The notes beneath the pieces are model-generated. The model was not told the origin of the DNA and did no database searches. It saw only the letters and a list, made by a program, of their open reading frames with translations. From Vicinamibacteria bacterium (lineage in GTDB: Bacteria > Acidobacteriota > Vicinamibacteria > Marinacidobacterales > Marinacidobacteraceae), in the NCBI GenBank assembly GCA_965199715.1, contig OZ241322.1, positions 864,001 to 928,000 of the forward strand: a stretch of 64,000 bases of DNA, in the 5' to 3' direction. Numbering within the stretch: the stretch's first letter is position 1; each line of letters begins with the position of its first letter. Shown here one piece after another: positions 31,264-40,687 of the stretch. The translations under genes were made by a program, and so were the position numbers.

Positions 31264-32442
31264 TCAGCGCGACCGGGAGGCGCTCGCCCGCTGGTCGTGG
31301 ATCTGGTCCAGGCGGGCGCGGGCGGACATGTAGTTCGGGTCGATCTCGATGGCGCGCTCGAAGTTCTCGATCGCCCGCTCCTCGTCGCCCAGCTTCAGCA
31401 TGGTCTCGGCGAGGAAGAACCGGGCGTCGGCGAGGCGCGAATCCCGCGAGATGGCCTTCTTGAACAGGTCGGCCGCCTCCTCGTACTCGCGCCGCTGGTA
31501 GCGGAGCACGCCGAGGTGGTAGCGGACCCAGGCGTTGCCGTCGTCGTTGCGGGCGGCGACCTGGAACTCGCGGATCGCCGAGTCCACGTCGCCCTGCGCG
31601 TAGAACGCGCTCGCGAGGTTGGCGCGGGCCTCGGTGAAGCTCGGCTCCAGCGCCAGCGCGAGGTTGTACTGCTCGACGGCCTCGTCGAAGCGGCCCCGCC
31701 GCTTGTAGGCGACCCCGAGGTTGTTCCGCGCCCGGTTGAAGTTGGGGCGGACCGACAGCGCCAGCTCGTACATCTCGATCTCGCGGGCCAGCGGGTCGAA
31801 GCCGCCCTGGTCGGCGAGCGCCTCGGCGAAGTACCCGTAGAGGAACCCCTGGTTGTTGTAGAAGTTCGAGATCGCCTCGAAGTCGTCGATGATCTCGGCC
31901 CCGGCGTACTGGCGCTCCGGGTTCGCGGTGAAGTCCACGAAGAGGATGTCCGGGCCGTCCTTGATGCCGCCGGTGATGTGGCCGCTGTTGACGATGACCT
32001 CGGCCTCCCTGGTGACCTTCTCGATGGTCTTCACGTCCACGTACACGGCCTCGACGCCGACCGCGCGCGCCATGCCGACGAAGAGGTTCGTGTAGGCGAG
32101 GCAGTTCCCGCGCCCGTGCTCGAACACGTCCACGGCGGTCTTGTTGGAGAGCCAGTCGTAGGAGATCGTCCCGCCGGTGTGCTGGCGGATGGCGCGGATG
32201 ATCGCCCGCATCTTCTCCTTGTCGCCGCGCAGGTTCTCGGTGACCCGGAAGGCGAGCGCGCGGATCTCGTCGTTGATCTCGAAGGGAACCTCGACGCTCG
32301 CGAGCATCTCGGGCGTGATCCGGTGGTTCAGGTCGGCGCGGATCTCGTCCGGCGTCCACGACCGCTTGGCGGCGACGCCGCAACCGGTTCCGAACGCGGC
32401 GAACACGACGGCGGAACAACCCAAGCGAAGGAGAAATCTCAT
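31264..32442 (-). CDS. Transglutaminase-like plus TPR lipoprotein
   Basis: Lipobox FGTGC; GNCLAYT (Cys), SGHI (His), FVDF (Asp); about five C-terminal TPRs. Confidence 0.85.
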   Translation of the reverse strand: MRFLLRLGCSAVVFAAFGTGCGVAAKRSWTPDEIRADLNHRITPEMLASVEVPFEINDEIRALAFRVTENLRGDKEKMRAIIRAIRQHTGGTISYDWLSNKTAVDVFEHGRGNCLAYTNLFVGMARAVGVEAVYVDVKTIEKVTREAEVIVNSGHITGGIKDGPDILFVDFTANPERQYAGAEIIDDFEAISNFYNNQGFLYGYFAEALADQGGFDPLAREIEMYELALSVRPNFNRARNNLGVAYKRRGRFDEAVEQYNLALALEPSFTEARANLASAFYAQGDVDSAIREFQVAARNDDGNAWVRYHLGVLRYQRREYEEAADLFKKAISRDSRLADARFFLAETMLKLGDEERAIENFERAIEIDPNYMSARARLDQIHDQRASASRSR

Positions 32443-32482
32443 CGGAAACGGACCCCGAGGCCAGTATATCTTGCGATCTCGG

Positions 32483-32511
32483 TTGCGAGAGTTCGGCCCC
32501 GAACCTATCCT
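32483..32511 (+). promoter_or_regulatory. Sigma70 promoter of the GWxTD operon, back-to-back with a minus-strand -10 (TATACT, 32463-32468)
   Basis: TTGCGA-N17-TATCCT in an AT-enriched divergent spacer; RBS GAGGAGG before ATG 32567. Confidence 0.6.
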
Positions 32512-32566
32512 TTCCTCTCGCTTGCGGGGCCGTTTTCGGGGCGGCGCCGCGTCCCGAGGAGGCCCC

Positions 32567-34150
32567 ATGACCCAGCGCAATTCCCACCTCCGTCTCCTCG
32601 CGGCGGCGCTCGTCGCGGGCGGGCTCGCCGCGCCGGCGCTCGCGCAGGACAACCTAGGCCGGGGCGACCGGCGCTGGATGGAAGAGGTAGGTCCGATCAT
32701 GACGGCGCAGGAGCGCGAGCTCTTCCAGCAGATCGACAAGGACGACCGGGATCTCTTCCGCGAGCTGTTCTGGGCGCGGCGCGATCCGACCCCGGCCAAC
32801 CGTGACAACGAGGCGCAGGACGCCTACGAAAACTGGCGCGAGATGGCCGACGACCAGTTCGGCCAGCGCGGCCAGCGCGGGCACCGGACCGACATGGCGC
32901 TCGTGATGCTGCTCTTCGGGCCTCCCGACAACCGCGAAGCCTCCGGCGGCCGCGGCGGACGTCCCGCCGCTGGCGGCGGCGGGCGCGGCGGACAGGGCGG
33001 CAACCCGGTCTCCGAGGGCGGCGGCGGTCCGGGCGCGGGCGGAGCCGGCGGCGGCGGCGGCGGGGGCGGCTTCGGCGGCCCCGGCGGCGGCGGCATGAAG
33101 ATGACCTGGGTCCCGAACCCCGACCGGGGCCTCCCCGAAGGCCTGGAGCTGGAGTTCCGGCGGACGAACCTCGGGATGCGGCTGATCCGCAACGAGGAGA
33201 TCGAGGCCGCCATGGAGCGCGCCCGCCAGCGGCAGATCGCGTGGCCGAGCATCAACTACGCCCGCGACGAGGAAGGCCGGCTGCGCGAGCTGGACGATCT
33301 CTTCGATCCCAACAGCCCGGCGAAGCAGATCCTGAACGCGCTGCGGGAAGGCGGCGAGACCAGCGCGGCGATCGGGCTCGATCCCGAGCTGATGTTCTTC
33401 CGCTCGAACACGAACGACACCTACGTCGCGGCGATGGTGCGGATCGACGACGGCGACAACGTCCGCTGGTCGGGCGACGAAGCGCGGGTGCAGGCCTTCT
33501 ACAGCGTCGAGGACTCGCTCGGCACGGTGGTCGGGCAGGCCGAGGAAGAGGTGGACCTGACGCGCGGTCCGGACGGCGGCGTCCTGCTGGAGATGCCGAT
33601 GCAGATGCCCGCCGGCCCGTACCTCGTGCGGCTCGGCATCCGCGACCCGGCGACCCAGCAGCACGGGACGGTCAACCTCGACGTGGTCAGCCCCGACTTC
33701 AACCAGCCCACGCTCACGCTCTCGACGCTGGCCCGCTTCTCGGACGGCTCGCGGATCGAGGACTTCACCCCGGTTCCGGGCCGGGCGCTCCTCGTCGGCG
33801 GCTTCCACTTCATCCCGAAGACCTCGGACGTGTACCAGCCGGGCGGCAACTTCCGGGTGGTGTTCAACGCCTACGGCTACGGCGTGGACGGCGACCAGCC
33901 CAACCTCAACTGGCAGATCGAGTTCAAGAAGGACGGCGAGCGCTACATCCGCTACAACCCGACCGGCCTCGCGCTCTCCTCGGCGGACCTCGCCATCGCG
34001 ATCATCGACATCCCGCTGGCGCGGCGGTACTCCGACGGCCGGAGCGAGAACTTCGAGGAAGGCGACTACACCGCGGTGATCACGGTGAACGATCTGATCG
34101 GCGACCAGGCGGTCACCGAGGAGATCGGATTCCGGGTCGCCGGCTCGTAG
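32567..34150 (+). CDS. GWxTD-domain secreted protein (GHRTD variant)
   Basis: Signal peptide; W.EEV..IMT..ER..F, FWARRDPTP...NE, GHRTD....FGPP; Gly/Arg-rich insert; C-terminal Ig-like sandwiches. Confidence 0.85.
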   Translation: MTQRNSHLRLLAAALVAGGLAAPALAQDNLGRGDRRWMEEVGPIMTAQERELFQQIDKDDRDLFRELFWARRDPTPANRDNEAQDAYENWREMADDQFGQRGQRGHRTDMALVMLLFGPPDNREASGGRGGRPAAGGGGRGGQGGNPVSEGGGGPGAGGAGGGGGGGGFGGPGGGGMKMTWVPNPDRGLPEGLELEFRRTNLGMRLIRNEEIEAAMERARQRQIAWPSINYARDEEGRLRELDDLFDPNSPAKQILNALREGGETSAAIGLDPELMFFRSNTNDTYVAAMVRIDDGDNVRWSGDEARVQAFYSVEDSLGTVVGQAEEEVDLTRGPDGGVLLEMPMQMPAGPYLVRLGIRDPATQQHGTVNLDVVSPDFNQPTLTLSTLARFSDGSRIEDFTPVPGRALLVGGFHFIPKTSDVYQPGGNFRVVFNAYGYGVDGDQPNLNWQIEFKKDGERYIRYNPTGLALSSADLAIAIIDIPLARRYSDGRSENFEEGDYTAVITVNDLIGDQAVTEEIGFRVAGS

Positions 34151-34154
34151 GGAC

Positions 34155-35444
34155 TTGCCGCCAAGCTCCGGGGGTTCGCGCCTCCGCCGCCTCGCGCTGA
34201 CCTTCGGCTGCGCCCTGGTCGGCGCGGCGCTGGCGCAGGCGGTCCTCGTCCCGCGCCTGCCCGGCTGGACGAGCGACCTCCCCGCGCCGGGGCTGATGGC
34301 GCGGCTCGGCGCTTCGGGCGGCGGCGAGGGCGGAGCCGGTCTGCAGCGGACCACCTACGAGACTCTCGACGTCTTCGAGAACGCCCTCGCGCTGATCCGC
34401 AGGCACTACCTCACCGAGCCCGAGCCGGAGCGCCTCGTGGACGGAGCGGTGCGCGGGGTCTTCCGGGCGCTCGACGAAGACAGCGCCTACCTGGACCCCG
34501 ACGAGACCGACCTCTACCGCCGCCGGGCGGAGCTCGCCGGGGACGTGGGGATCACGCTGGAGAAGCGCTACTACCTGCACGTGGACGGCGTCCTTCCCGG
34601 CTCGCCCGCCGAAGCCGCGGGCGTCGAGCCGGGAACCGCGCTCGCCGAGATCGCCGGGCGGAACACCCGCGAGATGCAGATCCCGGTGGGGCGGCTGCTG
34701 CTCGCCGGCGCCCCGGGGTCCGAGGTCGTCCTGATGGCGCGCAGCTCGGCGGACGCGGAGCCCGAGGAGGTCCGGCTGGAGCGCCGCCGGCTCGAACCCG
34801 CCCCGGTGGAGCGCGAGGAGCTCGAACCCGGCGTGGGCCTCGTCCGCATCCGGGAGTTCCGCGAGGGGACGGCGGCCGAGGTCGCCGAGGCGGTCCGGGC
34901 GCTCGGCGAAGCCGGCGCGGACGCGCTGGTGCTCGACGTGCGGGGCAGCAGGGGCCACGGCGACTGGGCGACCGCGCTGCGGGAAGTCGCCGGCGTCTTC
35001 CTCGCCGACGGGCGGGTGGCGCGGCTCGCGGGCCGGACGGAGGACGGCGAGGAGCCGCCGTCCGAGGATCTGCTCGGGATTCCGCACGTCGCCCCGTGGA
35101 CCGGCGCGCTCACCGTGCTCGCGAACCGCAGCACCGCCGGGCCGGGGGAACTGCTCGCGGCCGCGGTGGCCGGCGAGCGGGGCTCCTTCGTGGGCGGCCG
35201 GACCGCCGGCCGGACCGGGGCGCCGGAGCTGATCGAGTTCGAGGAAGGCGACTCCGTCCTGCTCAGCGTGCGCCAGTACCTCGCGCCGGACGGAGAAGAG
35301 CTTCTTGGCGGCGGCGCGGTCCCGTCGGTGACCCCCGACGATCTGGACCTCGACGCGAACACCCTCGACGATGACGATCCGGAACTGGACTTCGCGCTTA
35401 TCCAACTTCGCAGGCAGCGGGGCGAAGCGAAACGGGCCGCGTGA
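34155..35444 (+). CDS. S41/CtpA-like PDZ protein with degenerate active site
   Basis: LDEDSAYL, PDZ GSPAEAAGV, LVLDVR; TAGPGE in place of SASASE. Confidence 0.82.
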   Translation: MPPSSGGSRLRRLALTFGCALVGAALAQAVLVPRLPGWTSDLPAPGLMARLGASGGGEGGAGLQRTTYETLDVFENALALIRRHYLTEPEPERLVDGAVRGVFRALDEDSAYLDPDETDLYRRRAELAGDVGITLEKRYYLHVDGVLPGSPAEAAGVEPGTALAEIAGRNTREMQIPVGRLLLAGAPGSEVVLMARSSADAEPEEVRLERRRLEPAPVEREELEPGVGLVRIREFREGTAAEVAEAVRALGEAGADALVLDVRGSRGHGDWATALREVAGVFLADGRVARLAGRTEDGEEPPSEDLLGIPHVAPWTGALTVLANRSTAGPGELLAAAVAGERGSFVGGRTAGRTGAPELIEFEEGDSVLLSVRQYLAPDGEELLGGGAVPSVTPDDLDLDANTLDDDDPELDFALIQLRRQRGEAKRAA

Positions 35445-36510
35445 CGGCCGCCGCTCCCGGCTGAGGGCGCCGGCGGCGCTCGTCGCGGGGGCGGGCCTTC
35501 TGCTCGTCCTGTTCGGGGTCCGCGAGATTCGAAGCATCCTCGAACTGCGCCGGCTGGACGAGGCGGCGGACCGGGCGTGGGCGCGCCCCGGCGGCGAGGC
35601 GTTCTTCCGGGTGGGGCCGGGATCGACCGCCGGCGCGGTCGCGAGCCGGCTCGAGGCGTCGGGGATCGTCGAGGACCGGCGGGCGTTCCTCCACGCGGCG
35701 CGGCGGCAGGACGCGCTGCGCCGGCTCCAGGCGGGGCTGTACCGCTTCGGGGAGCCGCTGACGCCGAACGAGGTGGCCGCCCGGCTCGCCGCCGGCGAGG
35801 TCAGCCGCAACTGGGTGACCCTGCCCGAAGGACTCGACGTCCGGGACACGAGCGCGCGCCTCGCCGGCGCCGGGATGGGCGACGCGGCGGCGTTGGAGGC
35901 GGCGTTCCGGAATCCCGAGCTCGCCGCGAGCCTGATCGGGGACCTCGACCCGGACGCCCGCGATCTCGAGGGTTACCTCTTTCCGAACACCTACGACGTG
36001 CCCCCGGGCGCGCGCCCCGAGGAGATCGCCGGGATGCTCGTCGGACGGCTCCGCGACGCCTGGGAGGGAGAGCGCGGCGACCGGGCGGCGGCGCTCGGGA
36101 CGAGCCTGCGCGAGGCGGCGACCCTCGCCTCGATCATCGAGAAGGAGACCGGCGCGGCGGGCGAGCGTTCGCTCATCTCGGGGGTGTTCCACAACCGGCT
36201 CGACCGGGGGATGCGGCTCCAGACGGACCCCACCGTGCTCTTCGCGATGCGCGCCGGCGGCGACTTCGGCAACGACATCCGCCGCCGGGACCTCGGCCTC
36301 GACTCGCCCTACAACACCTACCGCCACGCCGGGCTTCCGCCGGGGCCCATCGCGTCGTTCGGCCTCGCGGCGCTGGACGCCGCGCTCGAGCCGGAGGAGA
36401 CCCCGTTCCTGTACTTCGTGTCGAGGAACGACGGCACGCACCAGTTCTCGCGCACGCTGCGCGAGCACAACCGCGCCGTCCAGCGGTTCCAGATCCGAAG
36501 GGGCCGCTGA
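35371..36510 (+). CDS. mltG: Endolytic transglycosylase MltG
   Basis: TLPEG, LEGYLFPNTY, ASIIEKE, LQTDPT, SPYNTY...GLPPGPI; start uncertain. Confidence 0.95.
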   Translation: MTIRNWTSRLSNFAGSGAKRNGPRDGRRSRLRAPAALVAGAGLLLVLFGVREIRSILELRRLDEAADRAWARPGGEAFFRVGPGSTAGAVASRLEASGIVEDRRAFLHAARRQDALRRLQAGLYRFGEPLTPNEVAARLAAGEVSRNWVTLPEGLDVRDTSARLAGAGMGDAAALEAAFRNPELAASLIGDLDPDARDLEGYLFPNTYDVPPGARPEEIAGMLVGRLRDAWEGERGDRAAALGTSLREAATLASIIEKETGAAGERSLISGVFHNRLDRGMRLQTDPTVLFAMRAGGDFGNDIRRRDLGLDSPYNTYRHAGLPPGPIASFGLAALDAALEPEETPFLYFVSRNDGTHQFSRTLREHNRAVQRFQIRRGR

Positions 36511-36511
36511 C

Positions 36512-37672
36512 TCAGCCGAGGCTCTCGAAGAGCGCGGCCACGCCCATGCCGCCGCTGACGCACAGCGTCGCGAGGCCGTAGCGCGCTCCGCGGCGCTCCA
36601 TCTCGGCGAGCAGCGTGACCACGATGCGGGCGCCGGTCGCGCCGATCGGATGGCCGAGCGCGATCGCGCCGCCGTTCACGTTCAGCCGCTCCTCGTCCAG
36701 ATTCAGGTCGCGGACGCAGGCGAGCACCTGCGGCGCGAAGGCCTCGTTGAGCTCGACGAGCGCGATCTCGGAGAGGCTCACGCCGGTCCGATCCAGCAGC
36801 TTGCGCACGGCGGGAACCGGCCCGATCCCCATGATCCGGGGGTCCACCCCGGCGGAGGCGTGCCCGACGAGGCGCGTCGAGGCCCGGACGCCCCGGCGCC
36901 GCGCCTCCTCGGCCGAAAGCGCGACGACGGCGGCGCCGCCGTCGGTGATCCCCGACGAGTTGCCGGCGTGGACCACGCCGTCCTTCTTGAACGCCGGCGG
37001 GAGCTTCTTGAGCCCCTCGGCGGTGACGCCGGCTCGGGGGTGCTCGTCGGCCCGGAGTTCGGCGACCGGCGCGAGCTCGGCGGCGAACCGGTCCCGCGCC
37101 GCTTCGGCCCGCGCCTGGCTGCGGGCGGCGTAGCGGTCGCACTCGTCGCGCCCCAGCGCGTAGCGCTCGGCGAGCGTTTCGGCGGTCTCGCCCATGAGCT
37201 GGTCCGCGAGCGGACAGCGGAAGCCGTCGCGATGCATGCCGTCCAGCAGCTTCCGGTGGCCGAAGCCCCCGCCGAAGCGGACGTCGGACAGGAGGTACGG
37301 CGTGTTGCTCATGCTCTCCACGCCGCCCGCGAGCGCGACTTCGGCCTCGCCGAGGCGGATCGCGGCGGCGGCGTCGAGGATCGCCCGCAGCCCCGAGGCG
37401 CACGCCTGGTTCACCGTGCGGGCCGGCGACTCGTCGGGAACGCCCGCGAGCCGCCCGACCTGGCGCGCCGGGTTGGGACCGGCCCCGGCCTGGCGCGCGT
37501 GCCCGAAGATGACCTCGTCCACGCCGCCGGGTTCGACGCCGGCGGCCTCGAGCGCCGCCCGCGCCGCGATCCCGCCGAGCTCGGGGGCGCTCCGCCCGGC
37601 GAGCGCGCCGCCGAAACGGCCGATGGGAGTCCGGCGCGCGCCGGCGAGGACGACCTCAGGCGCGGCGGACAT
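36512..37672 (-). CDS. Thiolase (acetyl-CoA C-acyltransferase), probably lower box pathway
   Basis: NQACASGL, NEAFA, GHPIGATG, LCVSGGMG; overlaps the end of boxB. Confidence 0.93.
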   Translation of the reverse strand: MSAAPEVVLAGARRTPIGRFGGALAGRSAPELGGIAARAALEAAGVEPGGVDEVIFGHARQAGAGPNPARQVGRLAGVPDESPARTVNQACASGLRAILDAAAAIRLGEAEVALAGGVESMSNTPYLLSDVRFGGGFGHRKLLDGMHRDGFRCPLADQLMGETAETLAERYALGRDECDRYAARSQARAEAARDRFAAELAPVAELRADEHPRAGVTAEGLKKLPPAFKKDGVVHAGNSSGITDGGAAVVALSAEEARRRGVRASTRLVGHASAGVDPRIMGIGPVPAVRKLLDRTGVSLSEIALVELNEAFAPQVLACVRDLNLDEERLNVNGGAIALGHPIGATGARIVVTLLAEMERRGARYGLATLCVSGGMGVAALFESLG

Positions 37673-39059
37673 ATTCGAAGTCCGCGGGCTTCCCGTGGAC
37701 TCCCCGGGTCGGCGCGGCGATCCACGCGGCCATCTCGCCCGGGCCGGTCGCCGGGACCATGAGGCTGCGCACGTACTCCCGGTCGGCTTCGGTCGGCAGC
37801 CACCCGTCCTTCTTGCGCTCCCACTCGGCTTCGGAGACGAGGCGTCCGGCGGGGTCGAAGCGATGGCCGGCGTACGCGCCGATCCGCCGGTGGAAGCGGC
37901 GGTGCGGGAGCGAGATCCGGTCGGGGAGCCCCGCCCGCTCGAGGATCCGGTTCCAGCGGGCGACCCCGCGCTCGCAGTCCTCGACGTAGTCGTCGCGGAG
38001 CACCTCGTTCATCGCGTTCCAAAGCGGGGTCTCGCGCTCGACGAGCCGGTCCCCCTCGACCGTCGGCACGAGCCGGACCCCGTCGGCGGCCGCCGGATCC
38101 TTGCGGGCGGTCTCTCGCGCCCGGCCCTTCAGCCCGTTCGCGTAGTAGTTCGCGGCGTTCGAGGAGATCTCGGCTCCGAAGAGGTCGAGCGACGCGCTGA
38201 ACCAGAAGTTCACGTGGCGCTGGACGAGCTCGAGGTCCATCGCCCCCGAGGCCCGGGGATCCTCGTCCTCGGCGAGGAGGTCCACGATCCGCTGGACGAT
38301 CCGGGCCACGCCCCGCTCCCCGACCGACATGTGGAACGCCTCCTCGGTGAGCATGAACCGGGTCGTGCGCGAAAGCGGATCGAAGGCGCTCTCGGCCAGC
38401 GCCAGCAACTGGAACTTCCCGTCCCGGTCGGTGAACATGGTGAACAGGAAGAAGTTGAGCCAGTCGTCGCACGGCTCGTTGAAGGCCTGGAGGATGCGCG
38501 GCCGGTCGGGATCGCCGCTCGACCGCTCCAGCAGCGCCTCGGCCTCCTCGCGCCCGTCCCGGCCGAACTGGGAATGCAGCAGATAGACCATCGCCCACAG
38601 GTGCCGACCCTCCTCCACGTTCACCTGGAACAGGTTGCGCAGGTCGTACTGGCTCGGCGCGGTCTTGCCCAACTGGCGCTGCTGCTCGACGCTCGCGGGC
38701 TCGGTGTCGCCCTGGGTCACGATCAGCCGCCGGAGGCTGGTCCGGAACTCGCCGGGGACGTCCGGCCAGACCGGCTTCCCCTTCAAGTCGCCGAAGCCGA
38801 TGCGGCGGTCGGCCTCCGCCGGCGCGAGGAAGATCCCCCAGCGGTACTCGGGCATCCGCACGAAGTCGAAGTGGGCCCAGCCGGACGGCTCCACCGAGAC
38901 CGCGGTGCGCAGGAACACGTCGTCCGAGGCGAAGCCGTCCGGCCCCATCGCCCGCCACCAGTCGAGGAACGCGGGCCGCCAGTGCATGAGCGCCCGCTGC
39001 AGCCGGCGGTCGGAGGAGAGCGAGACGTTGTTGGGAATCCGCTCGTCGAGTTCGGACAC
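37656..39059 (-). CDS. boxB: Benzoyl-CoA 2,3-epoxidase subunit B
   Basis: RIPNNV.L, QGDTEPASVEQQ, VNVEEGRHLWAMV, DRDGKFQL, LTEEAFH di-iron motifs. Confidence 0.96.
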   Translation of the reverse strand: MSELDERIPNNVSLSSDRRLQRALMHWRPAFLDWWRAMGPDGFASDDVFLRTAVSVEPSGWAHFDFVRMPEYRWGIFLAPAEADRRIGFGDLKGKPVWPDVPGEFRTSLRRLIVTQGDTEPASVEQQRQLGKTAPSQYDLRNLFQVNVEEGRHLWAMVYLLHSQFGRDGREEAEALLERSSGDPDRPRILQAFNEPCDDWLNFFLFTMFTDRDGKFQLLALAESAFDPLSRTTRFMLTEEAFHMSVGERGVARIVQRIVDLLAEDEDPRASGAMDLELVQRHVNFWFSASLDLFGAEISSNAANYYANGLKGRARETARKDPAAADGVRLVPTVEGDRLVERETPLWNAMNEVLRDDYVEDCERGVARWNRILERAGLPDRISLPHRRFHRRIGAYAGHRFDPAGRLVSEAEWERKKDGWLPTEADREYVRSLMVPATGPGEMAAWIAAPTRGVHGKPADFEYVRRA

Positions 39060-39069
39060 AAGAGCCTCC

Positions 39070-40647
39070 TCAGGTGCGGGTCCAGTCGAATCGCGCCGCC
39101 GCCGGCCTTCCGTAGGACGCGAGCGCGCCCCGCTCGCCGACGGCGTTGGGGCGCTGGAAGATCCAGTTCTGCCACGCCGAGAGCCGGCCGAAGATCTTCG
39201 TCTCGAGCGTCTCGGGGCCGGCGAAGCGCAACGAGGACTCCATGCCGGTGAGCGCGTCGGGGGAAAGCCCGGCCCGCTCCTCGACGGCGACGCGGATCTC
39301 GTCATCCCAGTCGAGGTCGTCGGGAGCGAACGTGGCGAGTCCCTCGCGCTCCGCCTCGGCGGCCGGATAGCGGCCGCAAAGACGCTCCGCCCGGTCGGGG
39401 TCGCCGAGAAACCGGGTCCGCAGCCGGCTGAGGCCGTTGCCCATCGGGAATGCGCCGTAGTTCATCTCGGTGAGTTCGACGGCGGCCGGCCGGTCGGGAT
39501 CGTCGCAGAGCCAGCTTCGGTCCGCCGCCAGCAGCAGCTCGGCGAGCGAACCGCAGAAGACGGCCCCCGGAGCGCCGATCGCGAAGAAGCTGCGGGCGGT
39601 CTGGTCGAGGCGGCGCAGGACGCGGGCCAGCTTCCAGCGGGTCTCGTCGGCGAGCCACGTTCCCTCCGCGCGACAGAGGCGGGCGTCGGCTTCCCGGACC
39701 GCGTCGGGATCGCCTTCGGTCGCGATGCGGACCACGCCGATCTCCGGCTCGTTGAAGCGCAGCCGCAGCAGCGCGTCGTCGAGCTCCCGCGCCATGCGCA
39801 GGTGCCAGCGGTCCGCGTCGGACGCGCTCACGACCAGGTCGGCGACGCGGGCCTCGCGGTCCAGTTCGAGCCGGACGTGCCGGTACGCGACCCGGTCCGC
39901 GGACTCTTCGGGTTCGAGCGGTTCGAGGCGGATCCCCACGTCCGCGCGGGCCGGCGACTCGAGCGCGGCGGCGCGTTCGGCGACGAGCGCCTCGAACCGG
40001 CTCGGCGGGGCGAGGCCGTCCACGAGTCCCCACTGGACGGCGCGGCGGCCCCGCACGCCCTCGGCGAGGGTCGAGAACGCGTCGGCGAGGTCTCGGCGCA
40101 CCTTGCGCTTGTCGGCCAGCCGGGTCAGGCCGCCGGTGCCCGGAAGCACGCCCAGCAGCGGAACTTCGGGGAGCGAGACCGTGGAGCTGCCGTCATCGAC
40201 CAGCAGGATCTCGTCGGCGGCGAGCGCGAGTTCGTAGCCGCCGCCCGCGGTGACGCCGGTGAGCGCGGCGAGGTAGCGCTGGCCGCTGCGCCGGCTCGCG
40301 TCCTCGATCCCGAGCCGCGTCTCGTTCGTGTACTTGCAGAAGTTGACCTTGAAGGCGTGCGGGGAGCCGGCGAGCATGAAGATGTTCGCGCCCGACGAGA
40401 AGATCCGCGGCAGCTCGCTGCGCAGCACGACGACCCGGACCTCGGGATGCTCGAAGCGCAGGCGCTCCACCGCGTCGGCGAGCTCGACGTCCACGCCGAG
40501 GTCGTAGCTGTTCAGCTTCAGCTTGTAGCCGGGGCGGATCCCGCCGTTCTCATCGACCCGGAGCCCGAGCTCGGCGACCGGCCCCCGGACGTCGAGCGTC
40601 CAGTGCCGCCAGGCCTCCGGCCGGGTCTCGAAGCGGATCGGGGTCAC
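39070..40647 (-). CDS. boxC: 2,3-epoxybenzoyl-CoA dihydrolase
   Basis: YKLKLNSYDLGVDVEL, KVNFCKYTNETR, ETKIFGRLSAWQNWIFQRPNA. Confidence 0.96.
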   Translation of the reverse strand: MTPIRFETRPEAWRHWTLDVRGPVAELGLRVDENGGIRPGYKLKLNSYDLGVDVELADAVERLRFEHPEVRVVVLRSELPRIFSSGANIFMLAGSPHAFKVNFCKYTNETRLGIEDASRRSGQRYLAALTGVTAGGGYELALAADEILLVDDGSSTVSLPEVPLLGVLPGTGGLTRLADKRKVRRDLADAFSTLAEGVRGRRAVQWGLVDGLAPPSRFEALVAERAAALESPARADVGIRLEPLEPEESADRVAYRHVRLELDREARVADLVVSASDADRWHLRMARELDDALLRLRFNEPEIGVVRIATEGDPDAVREADARLCRAEGTWLADETRWKLARVLRRLDQTARSFFAIGAPGAVFCGSLAELLLAADRSWLCDDPDRPAAVELTEMNYGAFPMGNGLSRLRTRFLGDPDRAERLCGRYPAAEAEREGLATFAPDDLDWDDEIRVAVEERAGLSPDALTGMESSLRFAGPETLETKIFGRLSAWQNWIFQRPNAVGERGALASYGRPAAARFDWTRT

Positions 40648-40687
40648 GCGCGAATTATGGCGAGGGCGATAATGCGGGGAGCGAGCC

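Noticed and set aside
32463-32475. NrdR-box-like CAAGATATAC
   Set aside because: Better explained as the TATACT -10 of the transglutaminase gene; the flanking genes are unrelated to dNTP metabolism
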